Source: a virus (Duplodnaviria; Caudoviricetes). From it: 34,880 nt of DNA. The first letter of the stretch is position 1. Every line of letters begins with the position of its first letter. The stretch is from the IMG/VR virus record IMGVR_UViG_3300029448_000170, positions 1-34,880 of that record; one strand, written 5' to 3'. Made by a program: the position numbers and the translations under genes. The notes below the pieces were generated by a model that saw only the letters and a program-made list of their open reading frames with translations, did no database searches and had not been told where the DNA came from. Of the stretch, positions 28,303-34,880 are shown in pieces.

Positions 28303-30216
28303 ATGATTAAGAAAACTAGAAAAAAATATAACTATAAACAATTTGATAATATTTTTACAAGTTCAGAAATATTTAAAACTATAAAAATATTTAAACGTAA
28401 AAAACAAATAGCGAGATATTTTTCAATAGATAGTTTTGATCTAGATAAGATTGAACAAATTGAAAACTATGTTTTTAATAGTAGTTTTGCGGGTAGTTCT
28501 TTAAAGAATTATCTAGATGATAATAAAAATATTCAGATAAATTCTAATACTGAGATTTTTATTCATATAGATACTTATTTGAATTCTATTATTTGTTATT
28601 CTTTTATAAAAAATATTTATAAAGAATTAAGAAACAGAAATTGTCCGCTTGAGGATAGTGTCAAGCGAGATATTTGGTCAACAGTAAAACATCAATTTAA
28701 TTTAGATAATACAATTACTTTAAGCCATAAATTAGATTTATCTTTTTTTAATGTTTATTTTAAATTGTTCAGTTCTAATACTACTGATGCGTTTACTACT
28801 TTTATTTTAAATAGATCAAATGTTAATAGAGTTCTTAAGCGGGTTTATATAAATACTATTCAAGGTATGCAAGATTTAATCGAGCATATTGATTTATATT
28901 TACCGCTCAATAATAAAGTTAATCAATGTTTCTTAAGCGGTTTATTCTTTAGAGCGAATGACACTCAAACGTTTTACAGAAAACTAGATAAAATTGACAT
29001 GGTTAAGTTTATGCAAGTTAATAAAATTCCGTCATTTAGTTGTGAGCCAATTTCGAATGATAGTGAATTATTTATTAATAAAAGATATTGCGAGATTAAC
29101 TATTCATTAGATAGGAATATTTTAACTAACTTTAGAAATAATGATGCTTATTTATTTGCTAAGTATATTTCGAGTAAGAAAACATTTGTATTCAACCACG
29201 ATACAGTTGTTATTGAAAAATATCCCTCAGTAAATTTAACATCTAATAATAATAATCTTAGGTATTATGATTTTAAAGTACATGAGAATTTACCTAAGGC
29301 GGTAATGCCTTATGAAAAAAATAAGCATAATATATATCTTGGTGTTGAATTGGAATGTAATAAAACCGCTAGATGTCCACGAACTATAAACAAAATGCTC
29401 GAAGAAGATATATTGATGGGAACGGCAATAGTTAAAAGTGATGGCAGTTTGGGTAGTCGAGGTCTTGAGATTAATGTTGTTCCCATGACTTTAGACTATG
29501 CTAAATCAACTGACTACTATTTCAATTTAGAAAAAAGAACTAAAGACTATTTAAGTTCTTATTCTGATAGTCAGACGGGTATTCATATTCATGTAAGTCG
29601 AGATGTTTTAACTAAATATCAAAGCGGTCTATTAGTTCAGTTTGTTAATCAGTCGCTTAACTATGATTATATTGTTGGAATTTGTGGTCGAGAATTAAAT
29701 ACTGATGAAGATACTGGAACAGACTACGCAAGAACTAGCCCTAAATACACCGCTAGTAAGTATAGTAAAAACCAATATGATATCGGTAAATATACGGCGG
29801 TTAATACTCTACATAATGACACTATTGAATTTAGAATATTTAAAGGCAATATGTCAGCTAGAACTATTTACAGATATTTAGAGTTCGTTCATGCGTTAGT
29901 TGTTGCGGTCAAGTCTAGCGGTTTAAACTGTAAGACTAGATATAATGATTTCATAAAATGGGTAAGTCAAAACAGATCGGACTACCCTATTTTATTTAAT
30001 TATCACGAGGTCAACTACGGTACTGATAATCTTAAAACTAAAGTTGAAACATTTAGCCTTAAATATAAAAAAAGATTTAAAGGCATTGAGTTTGATATCC
30101 CAAAAATATCACTCGCAACGCCTTTAAGAGTTCGTAGAGTTCGAGCAATTAACCCATATAGAGAGAGCCCTCAGTCAGAGTTCTCTTTTAATAACCAAAA
30201 TGAAAGTGAGGTCTAA
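28303..30216 (+). CDS. Putative amidoligase (COOH-NH2 ligase, glutamine-synthetase-like fold) with long N-terminal extension
   Basis: The C-half has GVELE, DGSL...GLEI, GIHIHVSR, KYTAVN and TIEFRIF, the ExE / E / HxH / ExR motifs of Amidoligase_2-type enzymes. Confidence 0.85.
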   Translation: MIKKTRKKYNYKQFDNIFTSSEIFKTIKIFKRKKQIARYFSIDSFDLDKIEQIENYVFNSSFAGSSLKNYLDDNKNIQINSNTEIFIHIDTYLNSIICYSFIKNIYKELRNRNCPLEDSVKRDIWSTVKHQFNLDNTITLSHKLDLSFFNVYFKLFSSNTTDAFTTFILNRSNVNRVLKRVYINTIQGMQDLIEHIDLYLPLNNKVNQCFLSGLFFRANDTQTFYRKLDKIDMVKFMQVNKIPSFSCEPISNDSELFINKRYCEINYSLDRNILTNFRNNDAYLFAKYISSKKTFVFNHDTVVIEKYPSVNLTSNNNNLRYYDFKVHENLPKAVMPYEKNKHNIYLGVELECNKTARCPRTINKMLEEDILMGTAIVKSDGSLGSRGLEINVVPMTLDYAKSTDYYFNLEKRTKDYLSSYSDSQTGIHIHVSRDVLTKYQSGLLVQFVNQSLNYDYIVGICGRELNTDEDTGTDYARTSPKYTASKYSKNQYDIGKYTAVNTLHNDTIEFRIFKGNMSARTIYRYLEFVHALVVAVKSSGLNCKTRYNDFIKWVSQNRSDYPILFNYHEVNYGTDNLKTKVETFSLKYKKRFKGIEFDIPKISLATPLRVRRVRAINPYRESPQSEFSFNNQNESEV

Positions 30217-30462
30217 ATGTCAGTAATAAGTAGTAACCATATCGGTGTTGAAAGTTACACTATTAAAATAATAGGCAACAAATATAATTCGAGGACAGAT
30301 ACAACCAAAAAAAATTGCCTATTGTCCGAAACTAAAGCAACCGAATATTCTAACTTTCACGATATTGGTTTGCTAGTCGAACACTTAAAACAAATACATT
30401 GTAGCCATGATGAAACAGAAATAACTTTAAGTGTTGAGGTTAAGCAAGTCGACCACGATTAG
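30217..30462 (+). CDS. Hypothetical protein, third gene of the inverted cassette
   Basis: 81 aa, abuts the amidoligase stop (TAA ATG), SD GAGG. Confidence 0.7.
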   Translation: MSVISSNHIGVESYTIKIIGNKYNSRTDTTKKNCLLSETKATEYSNFHDIGLLVEHLKQIHCSHDETEITLSVEVKQVDHD

Positions 30463-30470
30463 ATATATCC

Positions 30471-30521
30471 TTAAGCGGTTTAAGTTCTTAACCCGAGTTC
30501 TGAACAACTTAGACCGCTTAA
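30471..30521. repeat. 16-bp inverted repeat / stem-loop after the inverted cassette
   Basis: TTAAGCGGTTTAAGTT ... AACTTAGACCGCTTAA, one G-T wobble, 19-nt loop. Confidence 0.75.
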
Positions 30522-30993
30522 CCCTCTCAAAAAAAATAGATAACGCCCTGTGTCTTAAGCACGGCACAAATAAAAAAACCTAAGTACCTGTAATTAATCA
30601 CACAAAGTATATTTTATCCTTTGTGGCGTTTATTGTCTTTACTCAGTTTTTTAATCTTATTTCTATAATGCAACCTTGACGTGTATCGGGGGTTTTTCGA
30701 TAGTGAACGCAACCGAGATACCCTTTCAGATTTTTTCAACAAAACAAAGCGGCTTAACTCTTTCGCTTAAGACATACGCCAATAGTGGCTTATTGATTGA
30801 TTTCTGCGGTATTGGTAGATTTAGTTGCACAAATGCCACAATATCTAGTCCCTAAGCATGTATACATACTGTATATCATAGTGTGTTATCTAATAGATAT
30901 AATACTAATAATAATACTTATAGATATAACACTTAAGTATATACTATAGGGATTATAGTTTATAAGAATTATTATAAGTTGTTTGTCTTTCTC
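30522..30993. other. Non-coding region, probable genome end / terminal-repeat junction
   Basis: Long ORF-free stretch downstream of terL with a TATA/TATAG-rich low-complexity block (30850-30980). T7-like genome ends lie downstream of terL. The exact ends are not visible. Confidence 0.55.
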
Positions 30994-32622
30994 TTAAAAC
31001 CATAAGTCACCCTTTTTGGACTGTCCTAAAGTTCCCTCTAAGAAAGTCTCTAAGTCCTGCTTTAGTCTATTGTCTCTATGGTCTTGTATTTGATTGTCTG
31101 CGTCTACTGCCATTTGTTCAACCCAATAGGCAACAGCTATAGACAAAGCGTCTAATCGGTCATCATTTCTTAAAGAACCTCTGTCTTTAGTTAATCTAGT
31201 CATTTGGTAAAACAACTGGTAATTAGGGTCTTTAGTATCAAAGTCTTTCCTAACTAACTGTGGAGACACAACTAATCTATGTTGGTTCATCACAGGTTCT
31301 AAAGTATCTATTATTCTTAGTTCTTTCTGTTTGGTATGATTTACTTCTTCTATAGTCACGGGATAATACCTTTGAACTATAGGTTTCAACAACTGTGTAA
31401 ACATACCATCTCCAAAGTTACTCTCAACGATAATCATGTTAACTTTGGCATCACGAGCCATTGTTGCAATCTTAGTTAGATTGACTTCTGTGTACCCACC
31501 ACTTAACCCCGTGCATTCCTGCACGAATAGATTACCACCTAGTTGTTTCACTATGGCAATCGCCAATTCATCTTGTCCTCGACCCGCAGGATCAATAGAC
31601 ATTACTGAACCTTTGTAATCGCCAAAATCTTCTTGAGATACAAACATAGGTTTATAATATTTATCACCAGTAAAACCTACTGATGGTAAGTCTTCACAGA
31701 CATATTCAGGACTTCCCGCCCAAGCTAATTTTACGGGAGCAATAGTATTATTAATGTCCATAACTATAAGATCACTTAATTTTAATGGGTATCTTTCTTT
31801 GTCAGATAAAGTTGTATCCAACATAAACTGTAGTGCAAAACCACTACGACCATAACTAGCTTCCCTTTCTTTTAACTCTAGATCATCAAACCTATTTGGG
31901 TCTGTGGGTTCTAGTTCGCAGAAGTCTCCCCCAGTAATGAAAGGGGCTAGTTTGTCGTCATACCTGTGCACTTTAGTATTCTCAGGCATTCTCGCAGTCC
32001 AAATTCTAGTATTATATCCCCTAGTAGGGAGGTCATTATAGATTGACATATCTGACTGTGGAGTGCCCAAGAATATTATTTTTCCATTGGGAGATAAGAC
32101 GGCTTCAAACTCTTTGACATTATCTGTCAGTTTATCTCTCATACTTTGGGTTAGACTATTATTTAAACTTTCGCAGTCATCTGAAATTATGAAGTCTGCT
32201 CTACTCCCTGTTAATTGTCCTGTGATACCCACAGATTTGACTGATGGAGAGTGAGCGGCTTTAGCAGGAGCTACATCAAAGGAGACATTTGATCCCCTTT
32301 GATCTGCTCTTGGAGCTAAATGTTTTAATATGTCCATTTCAGTAATTAGTCTTTTAGTAAATGTACTGAAATCATCTGCTCTAGTTTTACTAGCAGATAC
32401 GACTAAAAATTTTAAATTAGGATTTCTAAGTAAGTTCCAACATACGAATGCACTACATATCCATGACTTACCGATACCCCTAAATGCTTGAATAACCGCT
32501 CGTCTAGGAGCGTTCTGTAAATAATCGGCAATATCAAATTGCACGGGAGTGGGACTAGGCAGAGACAAATGTCTCCAAGCCACATACAGGAAATTCCTGA
32601 AATCTTGGGTTATTTCTTTCAT
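30994..32622 (-). CDS. terL: Terminase large subunit (gp19)
   Basis: IQAFRGIGKSW, SVGITGQLTGSRAD, LGTPQ, IDPAGRGQDE, ESNFGDGM and DDRLDAL motifs. Confidence 0.98.
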   Translation of the reverse strand: MKEITQDFRNFLYVAWRHLSLPSPTPVQFDIADYLQNAPRRAVIQAFRGIGKSWICSAFVCWNLLRNPNLKFLVVSASKTRADDFSTFTKRLITEMDILKHLAPRADQRGSNVSFDVAPAKAAHSPSVKSVGITGQLTGSRADFIISDDCESLNNSLTQSMRDKLTDNVKEFEAVLSPNGKIIFLGTPQSDMSIYNDLPTRGYNTRIWTARMPENTKVHRYDDKLAPFITGGDFCELEPTDPNRFDDLELKEREASYGRSGFALQFMLDTTLSDKERYPLKLSDLIVMDINNTIAPVKLAWAGSPEYVCEDLPSVGFTGDKYYKPMFVSQEDFGDYKGSVMSIDPAGRGQDELAIAIVKQLGGNLFVQECTGLSGGYTEVNLTKIATMARDAKVNMIIVESNFGDGMFTQLLKPIVQRYYPVTIEEVNHTKQKELRIIDTLEPVMNQHRLVVSPQLVRKDFDTKDPNYQLFYQMTRLTKDRGSLRNDDRLDALSIAVAYWVEQMAVDADNQIQDHRDNRLKQDLETFLEGTLGQSKKGDLWF

Positions 32623-32665
32623 TTTTATACCCTTTAAACCGCACTAGAGCGGTGTATATTGGTGT

Positions 32666-32908
32666 TTATTGTTTGAAGTCTCCCTTTCCTTGCATTACTT
32701 CGGAAATCTTAAATGGAAGCTCCTCAGACAGTTTCCCTATGGAGTTGTTCTCGGTAGGAATACAATCTATGTTATTGTCTTTTAAGAATTGTCTAGCGAC
32801 ATTAAGATCAGAAGCTTTTACTTCAGGATCTCTTATTTTTTCAAGTAATACGTTAGTTAATTGCTCATGCAATTTTCCTAACTTTTTTTCTGTGTTATTT
32901 TCACTCAT
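32666..32908 (-). CDS. terS: Terminase small subunit (gp18)
   Basis: LH..L...LL..I....ASDLNVARQFLKDNNI...LPF pattern. Confidence 0.92.
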   Translation of the reverse strand: MSENNTEKKLGKLHEQLTNVLLEKIRDPEVKASDLNVARQFLKDNNIDCIPTENNSIGKLSEELPFKISEVMQGKGDFKQ

Positions 32909-32911
32909 AAT

Positions 32912-33100
32912 TTATTTGTTTGTTAATCTATCCATGTGGTTATAAATTCTTCCTATTTGTTTATCTATTGACATAATTTCTTCTGTTAACATTCCTACAT
33001 GTACCTGTAGTTCAACAATAGTTATTAAGACATAGGTTGACAAACCTAAAAGTATTGTACCAAGTAACGTAATTAAAGTTGTGTTAGTTTTTTTAGTCAT
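32912..33100 (-). CDS. Small membrane / coiled-coil protein
   Basis: MTKKTNTTLITLLGTILLGLSTYVLITIV TM segment then a coil. ATG at 33100 is preferred over the longer track start. Confidence 0.6.
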   Translation of the reverse strand: MTKKTNTTLITLLGTILLGLSTYVLITIVELQVHVGMLTEEIMSIDKQIGRIYNHMDRLTNK

Positions 33101-33293
33101 TACATACACAACCAAAATCTTTATGACAAGTTGGACATATGTTTTCTTCTAGAGGAAAGTTCATTCTGTTGTCAGGAGATTTAACATTCTTTTTTCCTTT
33201 AGGTTTAGGAAACTTAAAAGTAGTTAATTTATCTATTTTTTGACATTGTATATCCCACCAACCAAAAAACCAATAACAAAACTTATCAATCAC
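33093..33293 (-). CDS. Hypothetical protein with C-terminal Cys cluster
   Basis: CPTCHKDFGCVC; GTG start overlapping the upstream TGA. Confidence 0.5.
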   Translation of the reverse strand: MIDKFCYWFFGWWDIQCQKIDKLTTFKFPKPKGKKNVKSPDNRMNFPLEENICPTCHKDFGCVCND

Positions 33294-33391
33294 ACTACTA
33301 TTGCAACCAGTAAAGCTACACTTATAATAATTACAAAAACTTTGTGCTCATTCCATAAATGTTTTAAATTATATTTAATCATTTGTTTCAT
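33290..33391 (-). CDS. 33-aa single-TM peptide (not in the ORF track)
   Basis: MKQMIKYNLKHLWNEHKVFVIIISVALLVAIVV, TAATG-coupled to the holin, SD GGAGG. Confidence 0.6.
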   Translation of the reverse strand: MKQMIKYNLKHLWNEHKVFVIIISVALLVAIVV

Positions 33392-33774
33392 TATTTCTTT
33401 CCTCCTTTAAATATTTGCGTTCCTTTAATTCCATAAATACTTGCTACAACTAAAATCCATAAATTTGTAAACCAACTTGGAAGTTGCTGGAATTGATCAA
33501 AGAACTCGTTTATTTTTTGAGATGCGTTTGGGTCGTCACTAAATACTCCCCAAGCAATCACTAAAATTGGCAACGTAAGTATTATAAGAACTGCCTCGTC
33601 TTTCCAATCTGATTGACGAGCTTCTAAAAGTTTTCCTGAATATTCAATTTCGCCTTTAGCCATTTTTTCTGCGTGAGATGCTTGAGCGTTAGCCATCATC
33701 ATTTTAGTTTCTTGTTTTTTCTTGTAGATATGAGTACCTGTATTCATCGCTAATTTTATTGCACTAAGCCACAC
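33391..33774 (-). CDS. Holin-like membrane protein (GTA 3TM holin-like)
   Basis: SDWKDE...TM...LPSWF..LW..VVASIYGIKG pattern, SD AGAGGAG. Confidence 0.7.
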   Translation of the reverse strand: MWLSAIKLAMNTGTHIYKKKQETKMMMANAQASHAEKMAKGEIEYSGKLLEARQSDWKDEAVLIILTLPILVIAWGVFSDDPNASQKINEFFDQFQQLPSWFTNLWILVVASIYGIKGTQIFKGGKK

Positions 33775-33994
33775 GGTATGCTCCTCTGTTTAATTTTTTA
33801 GATGTTATTCTTAAATTTGATCTAGAGTTGTTTCTTGGGTTTTTATCTCTATGATCTATGTCTTTACCGTCTCCTTTAGAAACCGCACCAGAAGCCATTA
33901 ATTTACGTCTAGCTTTGTTTCTAGAAGCTCTATCTAATTTTGATTTACGAGAACTTTGAAATTTTCTATATTCTTCTCGGTAATTTCTAGACAT
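33764..33994 (-). CDS. Small HNH-like protein
   Basis: RNY..EY...RA.RN.ARR...G.V.KGDGKDIDH.D.NP.NN..SNLR......NR pattern. Confidence 0.75.
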   Translation of the reverse strand: MSRNYREEYRKFQSSRKSKLDRASRNKARRKLMASGAVSKGDGKDIDHRDKNPRNNSRSNLRITSKKLNRGAYRVA

Positions 33995-33996
33995 TA

Positions 33997-34125
33997 TTAT
34001 CTTTTAGGAAATCCTGCTTTCATTCTTGAATATGCTTTAGCAGTAATTGTACTTTTCTTTTTACTTCTTGAAGTACCTGCTTTTTTTCTAGCATTAATGT
34101 TTGCGTATAGTCCTCGTTTTGCCAT
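33997..34125 (-). CDS. 42-aa highly basic protein (not in the ORF track)
   Basis: MAKRGLYANINARKKAGTSRSKKKSTITAKAYSRMKAGFPKR, SD GGAGAG, exactly fills the gap between neighbours. Confidence 0.75.
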   Translation of the reverse strand: MAKRGLYANINARKKAGTSRSKKKSTITAKAYSRMKAGFPKR

Positions 34126-34341
34126 TTAACTCTCCGTTACTGTTGTTGGTTTACACATAAAACTAAAATAAATTTTATGTTTGTTTACTTCTTTAATATC
34201 TAAAGTTTGTGTTATTTTTGCACTTTCACTATAACCTCTCATCATACAATCATAATGAGAATTTAAAATTGCAACTTCTTTAGGTGGCATACATTCATTT
34301 GCTGTAGCCGAACACATAATCATTATTAAAACTAATTTCAT
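34126..34341 (-). CDS. Small secreted or membrane-anchored Cys-containing protein
   Basis: Hydrophobic N-terminus, C-x5-C...C...C. Confidence 0.65.
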   Translation of the reverse strand: MKLVLIMIMCSATANECMPPKEVAILNSHYDCMMRGYSESAKITQTLDIKEVNKHKIYFSFMCKPTTVTES

Positions 34342-34469
34342 TATTTTTTATGTTGTCTTCTTTTTGATTTGTTCATTGAAGACCATTTAATTCTACTTGG
34401 ATTAATAGCCTGACTTGTTTTTTTAGGTTTTCTTTCGTGGGGTACAAAACTTTTTGCTTTTTTAGCCAT
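34341..34469 (-). CDS. 42-aa highly basic protein (not in the ORF track)
   Basis: MAKKAKSFVPHERKPKKTSQAINPSRIKWSSMNKSKRRQHKK, coupled to both neighbours. Confidence 0.7.
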   Translation of the reverse strand: MAKKAKSFVPHERKPKKTSQAINPSRIKWSSMNKSKRRQHKK

Positions 34470-34701
34470 TAAATTTAAAAAAACCTATACAACTTAAAAC
34501 TATTGTTCCTAAAAATATAAGAACAGAAATAGCTCCTTTACCTTTAGATACATCTTGTCTAAGTGATTTGACTTCTTTATTTAAAGCTTGAATACTTTCT
34601 AAAATATGCTTATGTCTTTCTGCACAAATACGTTCATGTGATGAAAGCCTTACCCCTGTTGCAACATCTGCATATTTAGAAGTAGGGCTTTTCTTAGGCA
34701 T
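34462..34701 (-). CDS. Coiled-coil plus C-terminal TM protein (lysis-region protein)
   Basis: RLSSHERICAER...coil...KGAISVLIFLGTIVLSCIGFF. Confidence 0.65.
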   Translation of the reverse strand: MPKKSPTSKYADVATGVRLSSHERICAERHKHILESIQALNKEVKSLRQDVSKGKGAISVLIFLGTIVLSCIGFFKFNG

Positions 34702-34880
34702 TAGTCTTTCTTATCTTCTGCCTTATCTTCTTGTTTAGCTTCTTCATCTTTAGGAAGTTCAGCTTTTAGAAGATTAGAATAATGACCTTGCAATATATTT
34801 ACATCTGCCATTTCCAAGTTTAACTGTTGTTGTTTAGCTTGAATTTGTTGCAACTTACCTAAATATAATTTGCCATTATC
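34701..34880 (-). CDS. Hypothetical protein, C-terminal part (start outside the window)
   Basis: Open frame DNGKLYLGKLQQIQAKQQQLNLEMADVNILQGHYSNLLKAELPKDEE...KKD, TAATG-coupled to the next gene. Confidence 0.7.
   Translation of the reverse strand, partial: DNGKLYLGKLQQIQAKQQQLNLEMADVNILQGHYSNLLKAELPKDEEAKQEDKAEDKKD

Larger units (their letters stand above)
1..34880 (-). mobile_element. T7-like (Autographiviridae) temperate podovirus genome, partial and permuted; probably a pelagiphage-like phage of an alphaproteobacterium
   Basis: T7-type gene order (RNAP, SSB, endo I, primase-helicase, PolA, exonuclease, portal, scaffold, capsid, tail tube A/B, internal virion proteins, tail fibre, terminase) plus integrase and tRNA-derived attP. 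No host genes are present. Host assignment is inference. Confidence 0.95.

Noticed and set aside
30484-30500. Alphaproteobacterial LexA box (GTTC-N7-GTTC)
   Set aside because: The spacer here is 9 nt, not 7.
30930-30952. T7-type promoter (CTATAGGGA)
   Set aside because: Single copy, opposite strand to the phage genes, no upstream specificity match, and inside TA-rich sequence.
26068-30993. CRISPR array or regularly spaced ncRNA repeat array
   Set aside because: The repeats are short (16 nt or less) and irregularly spaced, and no cas or reverse-transcriptase gene is present.
12799-32945. Plus-strand ORFs at 12799, 14441, 14813, 20623, 23487, 31436, 32063 and 32652
   Set aside because: They lie opposite well-supported minus-strand genes.
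1-34880. Integrated prophage with host flanks
   Set aside because: The att site has phage genes on both sides (attP configuration) and no bacterial genes are present.

Overview
This is most of an AT-rich, T7-like (Autographiviridae) temperate podovirus genome, read mainly on the minus strand and circularly permuted: the window starts inside the tail fibre gene and ends in the lysis/small-gene region. In minus-strand order it carries small and lysis genes, terminase small and large subunits, a probable genome-end region, an inverted plus-strand cassette (class II glutamine amidotransferase, COOH-NH2 amidoligase, small ORF), a control region, a MarR-like regulator, a tyrosine integrase, and an attP containing the 5' half of tRNA-Leu(TAA). 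These are followed by the single-subunit RNA polymerase, an AIG2-like gamma-glutamylcyclotransferase, SSB, endonuclease I, primase-helicase, PolA, exonuclease, portal, scaffold, capsid, tail tubes, internal virion proteins and tail fibre. The gene order, the integrase upstream of RNAP, the low GC and GANTC avoidance suggest a marine alphaproteobacterial host, probably SAR11 (HTVC019P-like pelagiphage); this is inference. The most notable signals are: (1) a split amidoligase/GATase/cyclotransferase system whose parts share a palindromic operator-like motif; (2) a perfect Irr-type iron control element in the lysogeny control region; (3) dense CCGC/CCGCTTAA motifs at 26.1-30.8 kb; (4) near-complete GCWGC avoidance visible in Ala-Ala dicodons. 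All counts were made by eye and need computational confirmation.
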